The notes beneath the pieces are model-generated. The model did not search any database, was not told the DNA's origin, and worked only from the letters and a program-made list of their open reading frames with translations. From contig JAHLWZ010000626.1 in assembly GCA_020536535.1 (NCBI GenBank), positions 1 to 64,000 on the forward strand: a stretch of 64,000 nt of DNA, written 5' to 3'. The position numbers and the translations under genes are program-made. Positions 47,420 to 62,000 of this stretch are shown one piece after another. The stretch comes from Pelomyxa schiedti (lineage: Eukaryota > Protista > Evosea). Each line of letters begins with the position of its first letter. Within the stretch, counting starts at the first letter, position 1.

Positions 47420-50400
47420 TTAAACAACAAAGCTCCTGGGTTTACCACAGTTCTGGCAGAATTGTGCCCTTATGGGTGTCATGGAACCACAGTTTTTGCA
47501 TACAGTTTCTCCACTGTCAATTTCTTCCTCATAGGGTGATGCGGACAGCCGCAATCGAGTTCTCGCATTGGGAAGAGACTGTATGTTTGTGTTGAGGGTT
47601 GTTAGAACTGGAAATGAGAAAGATATGACTTGTGGCACACTGGTGATTTTTCCAGGGCTGCAGAATTGGGACCAGAGTTTTCGAAGTTGTGTGCCACAAG
47701 GAGAACTGTGAATTCGGATTCAGGTGACAAAGAGTTGGGTTGGTTGGGTGATGTAATAATACCGGAAGACTTCCTCTCAAGTTGGCCTGTGCTTTTTTGT
47801 ACAGCCGCACACAGATTCGTGCGTTCCGAAAAAGAGCTGGATTTTCGGTGCTGAAGCTTCCTGTTGGGAGGAACTTCCCCGGAAGTGGTCTGGCTCTGTC
47901 TCGGGGAAGGAGGGCTGAGAGGTTCTTGTGGTGATGTTTGGGGTGAAATTTGTGGTGATGTTTGTGGCTTTGTTGTTGGGGAATATACAGCGGCTGGTAC
48001 AGGGGGTGTTTGTGATGTTGTGATGATGGTTGGTTTGGTTGGAATTCCGGATACCTTTTTGGGGGGTGCTGATGCTGCTGGCTTAATTACAGTTGATTTC
48101 TCTGGGGTGAGTAAGAATGGTGATGGTGAAGGTGATGGTGAAGAGGATGTGGAATTTGAGCGTATGTGCCCTTTTGGTGTGGGTGTTGGTATTGGTATTG
48201 GTTCAGTTTTATCTGTACTGGTTCTGTTTCTACTGGTAGGTGGAGAATCTTGTGGTGGTGCAATGTCAGGTGGTCCTATTTCTTTAGGAGGTGCAATGTC
48301 CGGAAGTTCAGTACCGTCTGAAGGAGCTGTGCATAGGAATGGTGGCGGTATTTCCTTCGGGATTGGTGGAGGACAAGTTGGAGCGGACGGCAGAGGTGGT
48401 GGCCCAATTGGAACAGATGGTGGAGGCGGAGTATTAGGAGGTGTTGAGAGCAAAGGTGGGGGTGTAGAGGGTGGTGCTGAGAGGAGAGTGCTAGGCGGTG
48501 GTGTGTTAGGCGGTGCAGAAAGTGGAGGTAGGGTGATGGGAGCAGCCTGTTGTTTTGTTTGTCTCTTGGATTTTGGGCGGCTCTCAGCTATCACGTCGGG
48601 TGATATATTGTGGGAAACCATAATTTGGCAGAAGTATGACAACGATATTGAATCTGTGATTTGTTGGAGAAAATAATCAAAAGAGGGGGATACCAATCCT
48701 TCCGTGTGGCACTTGGTGCATCATGTGCAATATCTCAAGCAAAGTCTTGTGTATGAACAAAGGGACTTAGTTTAAATCCAGAAATAAGTGGAAGAAAAAC
48801 CTTGGGAGTGTCAAGTCTCTTAAAAATTGCTTGAAGTTCCCTCAAGCCACAAAATCCAATCCCTTTGCACATTATGGAATGAAACAGTACAAAAGACGTA
48901 TTTACCTTCACTGTCAGCTTCTTGAAATAAAGAGATATATCCATTGAGAACTGGTGGTGGGAGATCTCGTATGTTTGTTGGTAGGAGTAACAGATTTTCT
49001 TCCCAAGTTATTTTTGGAGGAACTGGATTAGTTTTTTGGGCCTGGTTACCAACTGAGTAATGGAAATAAGTCATGCTTCATACCTCATAAGTTGTATTGA
49101 TTGCGTCATAATTTTTAATAGCATTTTGAATCTATGACATGGTGGGTATCAATTTAAATGTTGGAGCTTCGAAACCAGTGAAGATGTAATGTAAACAGGT
49201 GCTCTCCATTCATCAACCACTGGTCGCATATCTCCTAGGATTGTAACCACTTTTTTGTTGCGTGGTTTGCTAACAAAAGTCTCAAGGAGTTTTTCCTGTG
49301 TGACAAGTAGTTTTGCTGCAGGAACTTCAGCAAGCTTGACTTTGAAAATAGGATGATACTCAGAAAACCATTTCTGTGAGGAACGTGAGGGGATTATAAC
49401 TAAAGTTGGAGGAAGTACTTTGTACTCTAGAAGGTTTGCAACTCCTGTGGACCAGTAAGTGCAATAGAACAAACAAATAAATTGTACCTTCTTTTCCGGC
49501 AGCTTTTATTGCTGTTGCCATGTTCAAGTGCGCAGTTTTCATGGCCGTTTCAGACTTACATTCTGTAACTACTTTTTCCAGTGCAGCTCGGTTGTTTGCC
49601 AATATATTGCACAGAGTGGAGAGCCTTTCTTCACCCTCCTCTAGGGTAACACCTGTAACATCGATGGATTCTAATGAAGGCCGATGAACTTTAGAATCTG
49701 ACTCCAGTGGTGAAGAAGATAATGGTGGAGTAACACAGGAAGGAACGTTTTTATGTTGGAGATCACTGTCTTGCTCCCTTTTTTCTTTTTTAACTTCTTT
49801 CAAGATCAATGTCTTAAAAGCTGTAAGTATAAATAGGAGCATTTGACATATACCTTGTTAGATGGTATGTTGGCAATCGCGTTATTGATTGAAGAGAGCC
49901 ACATTTGCCGTGTGTGGCTATCCGATGGCTTGAAAAGAAGTTTACAGCCATTTTTATTGCACACAGTGAAGTCGAGTTCTGATTCTTCTATGATGGGTTA
50001 GATCTGTAAATGGGAAGGTAGCGTTGCCATCAACGGAGCAATCTTGCAGCATGAAAGTGGCTATTTCTTGCCATTTCCCAATCCTTTGTCTGCAGAGAAG
50101 CAGAATCAGATCAAACAAATAGGCAGTGTTTCCCTATTTTTTGTTATGAGTGTGGGGTTCTTTGGAAAAGATCAGCTTCACACTTTGGTTTCTGATTCGG
50201 CCTTTATCAGTGAACATTTTATTTTTTCTCCAAGTATCAGGTTAAGTTTTGAGCTAATCAAGTCGTATGCCTGGGAAAAACAGTGATGATGGTGGGTTGG
50301 AGGTAGGATTTGATTGTATTCTTACAGTGTTTGTCCATGTCAAATTGGGCTGAAGAATGCGTAAAACGTTTATTGTCTGGTGAGCTTTTGTTGATTCATT

Positions 50401-53400
50401 GATGTCATCAAGAACTTTTCTTGTTTGCTCGGCAGCAGCAATCAGATTGGTGTAATCAGGGTGATCTAATGGACTAAGTGCAAATATTAACTCATCAAAA
50501 GCGAACCAGCATCTGTGTGCTTTATCAAGTCATTAAGAAGGAGAGGATATTTGACAATTCTTTGTGCTGGTTTGATTAAAAAATCGGGTAACTCAAGGAA
50601 CTTGGTTTGTGGCCTTAATCTCTGTTGAAGAGGTAACGATATTCAGTATATTTGTTTGAAATGACCTCAACAAGCCCAATGTATTTGTGGTTTTTCCTCA
50701 AGGAGTTCATTATTTCCCCTGCTTTGTCTCGGCTTTGGGCAAATTCAATATAAACTTTCAGAAAAGGTATCTTAACACAATCAGAACGGACAAAATGAAC
50801 GGAAATAAACCCTCAATTTGAAGATTTCTCCGATTTTTTGATCCAAGACAGGGGTTACTTGATACAGTGTTGGAAAAATCTTGGAAGGAATAAATACTTT
50901 TTTGAGCAGTGAAAAGATCTAGCAGTTCTTGGGACAATGCTTGGAATTGTGCAATATCTCTAAAAAGAATTCCAGCTGACTAAAAGATTCCCAAGACATA
51001 TTGGTTGAATAAAGTAATTTAGAATTTGAGAATACTTGAGTGGTCAGAAGGTTCGCTTTAAGTAGCTCAGGTTGCCAAATCTGAATGGAATTTGGTTTTT
51101 CTGTGACAAAAATATCTTCATTTATTCTTGACTTGAAGTTAAGTATTTATTTTGATTTACCTCAAGCATAATCTTCAAATCTCGAAGGTAGTCCTCCTCT
51201 TTGAGGTGTAAGAAAAGATTGTGAGTCTTTTTTGTCTACCTGTGGAGCATAGTTCTTCTAAAACGGCTTTGCGGTGATTTAATCGCTTGTTTTGTGCAGC
51301 TTTCTAACCAATAGCATGTAAATTCAAACAAAATGTTTTTGCTACATACAGCAGGGTCGACCGGTTCTACTGGAGGGGTGGGAGTAGAGTTTGGACTAGG
51401 GGAAGGCTGTTCAGGAGGGGGTACAGTGGAATCAGAGGTAGTCTGCGACTCTGAAGTAGTAGCTGGGGTCTTCTTCAGCAGTGGAGAGATGTGAATAAGA
51501 GGTGGCGGTGGTGGTGCTGGAGGGGGTACGGATACTGGTATATCCGAGTCCTAAAAGCCCATGTAAGTACCCTTCCGATTTTAATTTTAATGGCACCTTT
51601 TTTACTTCTTTACCATCAGAGCCCCAGTGAGGGATTAGCAAGCTAAGCCTATTTTTTTGTTTACGTGCTTGTTGATCATCGTCCAGGGATGTCCGTGATA
51701 TTGATCGGCTCATTTCAGGAGATTCGGGTGCATCTGTGGAACTCTTATCAAGATCTGGCACGCCTGGTTTCCTTTCCACAGAAAGGTCTTCGTTTTTGGA
51801 TATTTCGCGAACAAGAAGAACCTGGAGAGGCGAAATGAGGTTGAAAGTCATGTTTTTTCCTGCACACTTTATCTGTTGGGATTTTGGACAGTGCAGCTGA
51901 CATGATTGTGACCCAGTGTTGGCGGGAGTGGCCATCCTCGAATTTGAATACCACTTTAATGCCACTTTTAGAAGTAATAGAAAAGGAGTTCTCAAGGTTT
52001 TCTGCTCCTGATTCCTGATGAGGTAAAAAATAAAAATCAAGAAACAAACCACTCTCATCCAAGGAACAATCTTGTAGCATTAAAGTTGCAATTTCTTGCC
52101 ATTTGCCCGAACGGTGATGAGTGAGAAGCATGCATATATCAAATAAGTAAACCATATTTCCCTACAACAATCAATCAAATTGGTTTTTTTGTTGATATAC
52201 TTACTCTCTGGTCGTCTTCCTCAGGTGCACTGAGGTTAAATTTGATCTTATCTGACAAGAGCAGAGTTAGCTTGGAGTTCAACAAGTCATAACCCTGAAA
52301 GCGATATCAACAAAAGTGATGCTGTGAAGGGTAGTTTAACCACTGTATTGATCCAGGATATATTTGGTTGCAAAGCTAAAATAGTGGTTCGTGTTTGATG
52401 TGCTTTTGTCGCCTCATTGATATCATCAAGAACTTTTTTCATCTTTTCTGAAGCTTCAACCAAATTGGTGTAGTCAGGATGGTCTTGAATGCAAAGTGGT
52501 GAATTATATCCGAATTTACAGCAAATAATGCAAGAGAAACCTGGAGTTGTATCTTTGATGAGGTCGTTGAGCAGTAAAGGATACTTAAATATCCTTTGTG
52601 CTGGCTTGATAAGAAAGTCAGGTAGGTCGAGATTCCTTGTGAGTGGTCGTGTTTTCTGTGATTGTTGTAAAAATTCTATGCTGTAAGTGGGAGAAGAGAC
52701 CTCAACAAGAGTAACATATTTGTGGTTCTTTCGAGCAGTTCCAATTATTTCAGTGGCCTTATCCCTGCTTTGTGCATACTCACCATAAAGTCGGATATAA
52801 GGGATCTGTTTTAGTTTTGTGTCACTGCTAACAGAAAAGGCCGAGCAAAAGTACCATTTTTGAGAAACTTTGACCAAGTCTTTGATCCAAAACAGGAGTT
52901 TCTGTGGTGCTATATTACGCTTTCACTACTGTCAAGAAACATTCAACCTTTTGCTTTTTTAAATGCTTCAAGAAGCTCAGCTGACAGAAAGCTCAGCTGA
53001 GGCAAATTACCAAAAAGAAGTTTCACCTCCTAGATACAGGTTAATTATGAAACATAAGTAAGACCTGCACACACAGAAGAGGAGAAAATTCCTGCTTGCA
53101 CAAGCTTGGGCTGCCAAATCTGAGGGAAAAATGGTACGCGTTTGTATTTTATATTATTTTGTAAACAGGGTTACCTCAGACATTATCTTTAAGTCCTTGA
53201 GGTAGTCTTCTTCTGCATAAAAAGTGAGAAACAATGGGTATGGAGAACAGGAGAACCAGTGGAACACAGTTCATCCAGCACAGCTTTTCTATGGTTCGCA
53301 CGTTCATAGGCCTGCTTTTCAGCTTTTAGAAGTAAAGTGATTGCTTTATTTGCTTGCTGAATAAGGGCATTGCTTTCAGTGTTGAAGTTAACTTTAAACG

Positions 53401-54195
53401 GGTCAAAGTCCTACAAGTTGAATTACACCATTGTGCCACAATAATAGCGGGAATCACCAATAGGAATGAGAAAAGTAACTGTGTGAGTTCACTCCAAGGT
53501 CCTTCAATAAAAGCCCCCATTCTTTCCATGACCACCTTCAACCTCTCATCCTAGAGGGGGGGTTACTGGTTTTGTATGCCCACCAATACCCAGTGCCAAC
53601 ACACCTTTACATCAACTGCCATTTTGCAGTTTCTACACTGCAAACTAGAACGCAGCGAAATTGCCGGGGAAAAAAAGTTGGTGTCGCCATCCCCACCCAA
53701 AGAAGAAGGTGGCAAAGATGCGGATGACGTTGATGATGCAGTTGCAGTTGACAGCGAACCTGGGTTAAACGAGGGCGCGGGCGAAGAGCTCCTTCTCCCA
53801 GAGGAAGAAGACGAGGACGGCGAACCGACGCCATCGGCGTTCGCGGAAGCCGCCGCCGCGGCGGCGGTTATTGCCTGGAGAAGCGCGGGTACCGACGGCG
53901 AGAGCGAGGGCGACGTCGTCGGCGACACCGACGGGGAGACCGGCACGTTGGACGGGGACACCCTGCCACCACTGCCGCCACCGCCACCGACACCCACACC
54001 GCCTGTAGAACCCGATTGTGGGATTGCATTGGTTGCATTGGTAGTTGTGGCGGCCGATGGGGGAGGAACCGTCGTCGAGGGGGCAGGGGGCGGTGGGGGG
54101 TGTACTTTGCACGTGCAAAAGGTTGGTTTGGGGCCTCCTATCCCGGTGGTGATTTTGGTTTTGGAACGCCACGGTTTTTCGGTGACGGTGGTCAT
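47420..54195 (-). CDS. RhoGEF with tandem DH-PH modules, a Pro-rich region and a C-terminal double zinc ribbon
   Basis: Two copies of ELxST|EEDYLxDL, LPDFLIKPAQRIxKYPLLLxDLIKxT, DHPDYTNL; PH-like segments; C-terminus CKNCGSMTPIRAQFCQNCG. Confidence 0.88.
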
Positions 54196-54444
54196 GGTGG
54201 GGTTTTTTTTTTTACTGTTGTTCTGTTTGTTGGGGCGCCGTCGTCGACGTTGATGTTGTTTTTCGTTTCTTCTGGTTTTACTTTGTCGGGCTCTTTCACG
54301 GGGTTTGGTTACTGGAAAGAGATTTCCGGTTTGGTGAGATGAAAAACGCGTGTTGTTTTTTCAATGGGTAAAGGTTGTTTTTAAAACAAAAAGGAAAAAA
54401 AAAAGGTAGCGCCGGCCTCACTTAGTTCTTATTGTTGTGGGAGT

Positions 54445-55480
54445 TCAATCCTCGTCTTTGACTGGGTTGAGTGCTTCAAAGAAAAGGTAGTCAATAAGGA
54501 GTGTGGCAGCAATCAGCAACCCACGCTGCCTGCCGGTAGAATGGGGCGGAAACTTCACCTCAAAGTGTGCTGTGAAGGTTGGTTGTTTTTGGGTTTTGTT
54601 AGTAAAAGTTGCTGGCTTTCTTTCTTCTACTTCTTTTGTTCATGAAATGTTTCTTGTATATCTTCCCAACATTGTGGCCTTCATGGTAAATAAAGAAAGT
54701 GTAACCATAACAACAATCACAACAGTATTTTCCGTGAAGTCTGAACACCTCATTATCACTTTCGTCAAATATTACAATGACCGGTACTGTTTTGTGTAAA
54801 AATCGGGTGCAAAAAAGCAAGATTACATACCACAGCAACTCCAAACATACTCTGCATGACCAATAAATACTTTGGGAGTTGCTGCATTTGCTCCGGTAAA
54901 ACAGTTGATCGTGTATCGACACGACTTGCAGCATCTACAGCCACATTTGAAAGGCCTGTCAAAACAGAATGCCTGCAATGTTTAAATACGAGACTAAGGA
55001 CATCAGAGTAGGCCATTTAAAATAAGAAACTGGAAGGGAAATACTTCTCTTCCATCTGGTGTTTTCAAAGAGATTACGAAGGGCCTTGAGTTACAACAAC
55101 ACTGTCTAAAGCAAAATGAAGAGTGTTCCTTAGCAATAAGCAAGGCTTTGAGTGTGTTTAGGGAACAAAATTATGAAGCATATTTTTACCGTTATCATGG
55201 TCATCATCAATATGGTACTCGTTTTCCATCTCACATCCCAAACAACACTCACAACAACATCCTGATTTGCTTAAGATTGTGCTCTAACAGCAGACACAAC
55301 CAAGTGAGGTCAGTGAATCTACGTACCCTTCATTTGCTGTCTAACAACGACGTGTGTAAGATTAGCAAGGGCATCCACCAGTGGGCCATCAACTACGTGT
55401 GGATCTTGCACATTCATCACCATTGGCGCAGGGCCATCTTCGTGTTGGTACAGCAGGGGTCGGTTATCAGCCTGGTCCAT
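54445..55480 (-). CDS. Phospholipid scramblase (PLSCR family), multi-exon; not captured as one ORF
   Basis: LANLTHVVVRQQ; CCLGCEMENEY; EHSSFCFRQCC.NSRPF; DRPFKCGCRCC; VGKIYKK; FEVKFP...RGLLIAATLLIDYLFFE. Confidence 0.88.
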
Positions 55481-55853
55481 TCTCGTTGCTTGATTGACGG
55501 TTCACCCGTTAGGAACCAGATTTCCTGGGTGTTACTGAGCGAGGGGATCTGTGACAGTCGGTTAATTCTAATCTGTTTCTGGCAGAGGAGGTTCCCTTCC
55601 GAAGGTACTATCGAGGTGACATGGAGGCCGGGAACAGATGCCAAGATCTTCACATCAAATGTTTTCCTATCCGGTAGGTACCTTCCAATCCTTCTTCGTT
55701 TTTTCGGAGTCGGGATTTGCGCGAACAACGCCAGAAAGAAAAATAAATTTCCAGCAACACGCTTCTGGTCTTCCGCTCGGGTTTCCTTCATCTTTTTAAA
55801 GACCCTTTTGGCGTCGGCACATCCACAATAAAATAAAAAAGCAAAAGAGCAAG

Positions 55854-58800
55854 ATGGAGCAAACCAACCACACCACAGCCCTGCATCTGCGCCGCAAGTC
55901 GTCAAGATCTCACGTGTTGTCGCTGTTTGCACCATCTGTGGTGTTTCTCGTGATCTGCGTGTTTTCAGGCCTTTTCTGTGGTGCAGGCGCGTTCCCGTGG
56001 TTCCGGCGCTACTACCCCAATGGATACATTGTTCCCACTGCCGACGGCAAAACTGTTTGTCACTCATGGGGACACACGTCGTGCACCAGTCCTGGTGTAT
56101 GTAGCTACGCCCCTTCAAATACACAAGCGCGCTATGTAACATCGCTTACACTGCCTTAGGACGATTTCAACTGTATGGGTGAAAGTCTTGACGGGGGTCG
56201 CAAGAGGTCTTTTTCGAAAAGGAGTCAACTTAGGGACAGCCCGGCCGCAGGGGGGGATGACGGGTCGAGCGTTTGGGGTTCTACTTGCCAAACGGACTGC
56301 GATGGTGACTATAAAACAGCTGGTGATGAACTGGGCGACCCTGTGTGTGATGCCTTCCTCTATTACTTATTACTTACTCATAGGTGCATGCTAAATTTTC
56401 TGCAGTGTTGTGAGTGGAGACCATATACTGGCATAGAGCCCAGAAGGAAATTTAACCTATCCAGCCCTTGGTCTAGTTCAAGTACAACACCAGAGCCATC
56501 TTGTTCCCTTGATGGTGTGGCTAAGTCATCCACCTTATAAAAGTCTAAAACAATCAGGTGTGCCCGATCCCGCACAATCCCTGGCAACAGTCATAGCATC
56601 AACAAACCTTGTGGAGATTACCTTAACAAGCCCTTCTTCGTCATGTGTCTGTTACTGGGATGTTGATATAGTAAATACTGCCACTGGAACCACCATCTCC
56701 AAAACGTATGGCTGGTCCGATGTTTCTCACAAGGGCTCAGAGGTGGGACTCGTTCTATGTGGTCTTTCAGGCGGAACACAGTAATGCCACCCTTGGAATC
56801 CGTTATTATTTTTTCTCAGTTTCTATTAGGTACAACATTAGTATTCTTCAATCCAATTTGGCCGGATCCTCTCTACCGACAAGTAACCGTTTCCCTTTGG
56901 CTGTCACTTATGACTGTAGGTGTTCTTGCAAACACACCATCGTCAAATCCATCGTCGGAGCCAAGATGCACTCCAGAGTACGCTACTCCTAAAACAGCTT
57001 CTGGTAGCTTTGTTATAATCCCAGCTTGCACCTCATTACTTTCCAGGTCCAACCTGGGGAGACAGTGTGGCATTCGTTTTCCTATTTCCGGCCCTCGGCA
57101 CAGGGTTATTTCTCGTTGTTTTTATTCTCTGGCAGTTGATCTCGTTTATTCCGGCGTGCCGTGGGCCGAACTACAGAAAGTGAATCACTTACCTTCTATC
57201 GGCATCCTAATCATATTTTCCCAGAATTTGCCCTCTTCCAGCCTCCTCAATACTTCATACCTTGCGCATTACCAACATTCTAGATATGTCAGTGAGTGAG
57301 CTGCTGATGGTCATTTTTTATGTTGTCATTCAAGTCGGCGTTCTCCTTGGGACCTATTACTCAACGTATCTTTACGATGTGGGAGGAATATTTCGAGCTT
57401 TTTCGGTGCGCTCTTTCTTGTTTTGGAAATGTATTTACTTTACAGTAGGGTGTAGCTTGGATGAACTTTGCCATCGTTCTGCTTCCTATTGCGCGGAATT
57501 CGTTGATCACTCTCTTTTTTGGAATTTCTTTTGAGCGGGCACTGAAATTTCACCGTTGGCTTGGCAGATGGTCTGTTGTCGTTATGGCTGTGCACGGTGT
57601 AGGTTTGATTGTATCCTACAGTGAATCTTGGGTTGGAGCAAAATGTAACACAGCCCTAGTCTCCCTGAACTTACAATTTTACAGATGTTGTAAGGTGGAG
57701 TTCGGAAGACTGGATGTGGACTTTACCTGCTGTAATATCACTGGGCCTTTTTGTCATCGTTATACTGTTCAGTTTTGGCCCTATACGTAGGGCATTTTGG
57801 GAAGTTTTTCAGATTTCGCACTTCGCTACAATTCTTGCACTGGTTTGGATACAATCTCTTAGAGTTATACCGTAATAGTCAACAAATCAAGGTATTCGCT
57901 TACATGCATGACTGGAGAGTGTTGGCTTTTAGTGCTCCATCATTTGCACTATATCTCCTTGATCTCATTGTTCGTGTCTATAGATGGTTCCATACATGTA
58001 AAGTATGTAAACTGGAGCCCGTGTAGGAACACTAACCCCACTTAAGATTGTTTCGGCGACAGCTGTGAACTCTACTACTACACGTCTGGAAGTTAAGAGA
58101 CACTCTGGGGTACACTGCATCTTCGTTCTTCCATTTTCTAACTCGATGAAGTTTAACTTTTCTCCTGGAGACTACATGTTCATATGCATTCCAGCGATTT
58201 CAGGGATGCAATGGCATCCTTTCAGCATTGCAACATACCCAGAACCTGGATGCAAGGAAATTGTCTTCTACATCAAGGCTATCGGCGGTTACACGAAGGA
58301 ATTGTTTCAGAAGGCATCTGATGGAAGTCTCAAAGATTGCACGGTTTTACTCGAGGGGCCATATGGTCATCCAAGTGTATCATATCAAAAATACCAAAAC
58401 GTTCTGCTGATAGCAGGTGGTATTGGCATTACACCCATGGTTTCCATTTTTGGCTTCCTTGTATCCAATCAAGCCACCCTCAAGCAAAACGTAAAGCTTG
58501 TATGGAGTGTGAGAACGCAAAACGGTAATTATCCTTCGTTCAATTTTCTGAGTCACATTTTCTTTTCAGAGATGGACTTTTTGCTCCCACCATTGCGGGA
58601 ATTGACTGGAAAATGCAATCACTGCCGCGTCTCCATTTTTGTATCACAAGGAGACCCTGAGGCAGGGAAAGAACCAGCCGATGCACCCCCAGGAGTTAAA
58701 ATTCAGAGAGGGAAACGGGCCAACTTCACGGCGATGATTCAGAAGCTCGCCCAGAAGGAATCCGCATGCGTACTGGTCTGTGGCCCCGAGCCTCTTGTGG

Positions 58801-58925
58801 AGTCTGTGCAAAACGTATCTTCCCATTCTCCCTTCATGTATCTCACAAATATTCTCCAGTTGTGTTTCAGAGTAAACGCCTGTTGCTCCGCTGTACACAT
58901 GCACAAGGAGTCCTTTTTGATGTAA
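55854..58925 (+). CDS. Ferric reductase/NOX-family flavocytochrome with N-terminal temptin-like and FN3-like domains
   Basis: CQTDCDGDYKTAGDELGDP|CCEW (temptin-like); GLSGGTQ|YNISILQSNLAGSS (FN3-like); LPIARNS...FERALKFHRWLG...HG; QWHPFSI; EGPYG; IAGGIGITP; VCGPEPL; HKESF. Confidence 0.88.
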
Positions 58926-59052
58926 CAAATATATACCTACCTCTTCTTGAACACACCACCGTCTTCAACCAAAGAGAGACTACCCAAAACGGGCAATAAC
59001 TCTTTGAATTTCGTCGATTTTTTCGTGGCATTGGTGCAGGTGGGTAGTGGGG

Positions 59053-62000
59053 ATGAGCACGTGGTTCAGGCGCAACAGCGGGGTGCGACCCAAGATACCC
59101 TCTTTCGAGGAGCCCCCGCCGTACACGTCGACGACGACCTCGGCTCCTACTACGTCGTCCGCCGACGGTTCTTCACCAGAAGCCAGCTCGGGGTCAGCAG
59201 CGGCGCCACCAACGCCGCCGCCGTTGCCGTCGCCGTCCGCAGCAGCAGCAACAACAACAGCCAGCAACAAAGGGGCTACGACTGCGTCTGCGTCGCCCTC
59301 GCCGGTGCTGGCGCCGCGGCACTGCGGCAGTAACAACGCCGTCGACTCCCCCCGTATGCTACTGCGCTCCTCGGGAACCGCGATTGTGGGACACAGGCAC
59401 GCACTCTCGTCGTCGACCACGAGCCTGCCTATTCAAAGGGGGGCAGCGGATTCTCAGTCGCAATCGCCATCATCACCATCACCAGCACTATCAGGGACTG
59501 GAAATGGAGGAAATGGGAATGGGAATGGGAGGAGACGTGTTTCTGTGAATTTGGCACAGGAGTCACCAGTGGCACCATCATTTGAGGTGGCTGTGGCTTA
59601 CCCTGACTTGTTTGTTCAGTGTTTCACACAAGGAGTCATGCTGTTTAGTGATAAAGAGCAATCTTCAGTGTGTGCTTGCGTTTTACCCCCACTTAATTTT
59701 AATTTAATGAATAAATTGTTTTATTATTATTCTTATTATGATTGGAATTGCATTAACCAACGGGGCTTTCTTGTTAGGGAAGAGTGGTATTTGATTTGAA
59801 GGATATACCATTGAATAAATGTTTTTATACTGACATTGGGACAAGTGTAACACGCATCAGCCCCAGTGAAGTTGTTGTAAAAGGTTTGTGTTGTTGCAAA
59901 TTTTTTGAGAGTACTGAAACTGGCCAGTATGTGATGGCACCCACTCAAAAACACTCACTATCCCTGGTTGTGTGGATACCCCACAATCAGACCTCTCCAA
60001 ATCACTCTCTTCATCCACAACAGCACCCCCACTTCCACCACCCCCAGCTGACACGGAGTGCACTTCACCCCAACCACTGTTTTGGCACCCAGATGTACCC
60101 ATAACCCACCTGAGGGAAGGTATGTGCATTACTCTATGCCTTTACATAAGTCAAATAAATCACCAGACTGGTGTATTTTAAGAAGTTTGGATAAGCAAGG
60201 TACATACAGCACTTGATGAAAACTTTCTCATGCGCAACAGGGCGAGCACAACTATCTGAACACCATTTTGTTTTCTGGTCATGTGACAAGAATCTGAATA
60301 TTACCACTGTATAGAGTTACTTTTTGTTTTTTCCTGATTAATTTAGTAGTTTGTTGTGCCTTTGTGGTACTACAAAGAAATGCATGTTGCCTTTGAGGGC
60401 CAAAGGGCCCATTTGTCTCTGGTTACCCAATCGAACCAGGTATGATTCCTCCAGTCGAGTTGATCTCCTGACAACGTCCAGTTGGACATAAGTGTTGAAA
60501 AAGGATTTTTGGAAGTTTTGAGAGAATATAAAAGGGAGGCTGATAAATACAACTCTGACCAATATTAGTTTGTACCACCCAAACTCTCATTTCAACTGTT
60601 ATGTCTAACAATGGGCAGTGACCTTAATGGCCCATTATTCACAGAGAGACTGGACTGGTTCAATAAATACCTCCAACCTGTACGTGAAGGTGGAGAAGTC
60701 ATGTGGTACACCTACTTTAAAAAGTATGGATCTGGGGCTGACATGGTAAAGACAACATTCTTGAGTGAACTGGTACACCAGGGTATACCCAACATGTTGC
60801 GGTATGCACATATTTAACCTGCTAGTTTTGATAAATTATAGTGGAACAATATGGCAAATCGTTTGCGGTGCTATTCACATGAGAGAATATTGGCCTGGAG
60901 ATCTAGTCCAAAGCACACCTGAAGCGGTTGCTGAAATTGATCGAGTAAGTAGTACAAACTGGAAACCAATTTTACTTTCTATCATATAGGATATAAATCG
61001 ATCTATGCCAGACCACCCATATTACCAAACAGATGAGGGACAAGCTGAACTTAAAAGTGTTCTTGTTAAGTACGCTCGAGCCAATCCAAGCATTGGTTAT
61101 TGTCAAGCCATGGTAACATTGCAATTCTTTTTCAACACATTTTTATTTACTTCAGAACATTATTACGGCATTGCTCCTCCTTTATATGCAATCTGAGCAA
61201 GCTCTTCATGTACTGCATGCATTATGCGAAAATATTTTGCACGACTACTTTACGCCCTCAATGATTGGCATGATGACCGACCAAAATGGTAGGTTTTATT
61301 CTTCTTGATCTGAGCCTTATACTTTTTATCAGTTTTAGCGAAATTAATTTCATTGCACTTTAAAAAAGTGGATGAGCACTTGATAGAACAAGGAGTTCCG
61401 ATACCCTTGTTTGGGATTAAGTGGTTCATGTGTCTCTACATAAATTCACTTCCATATAAAGTTGCCTTCCTCAACCTTAAGTAGTTTTATGTAACATCAA
61501 AAAAGTTTGTTCTGCGCATTGTAGACAGAGTTCTTTCTGACGGAGTTCTCACACTCTTCCGTGTGGCCTTATGTGTTATTAAGTTCCTGGAAGAATTCAT
61601 TCTGTCATCGACTGATGCAGATCTATTGATAAGACAACTTACTATGGCTGAACAAAGCCCCCTTCAATCAGTAGACGTGGATGAGTTTTTCAGCGAAGTG
61701 GACAGAATGACATTTGTCACTTACCATCTCGTCGAAAAATATCGAGTTCAGGATAGAGAGGCCATTACAACTGTATGCCAATATTTGTGCAATGTTAAAT
61801 AAGTAAACACCTATTTCTAGGAACTACGAGAATCTACTGGGAGCTCTGATGGGAAGGTTTGCATTTGTAGCACTCTCACATTACTTTTAGTTCACTAACT
61901 TGTCCTAATTTCTTTCCAACTATCCTTGTTGCACCCCAAGGTTCGGCAACAAAAAAGGTACGCACTCTTTCTTCCCACAATTCATTTAACACAACCTAAC

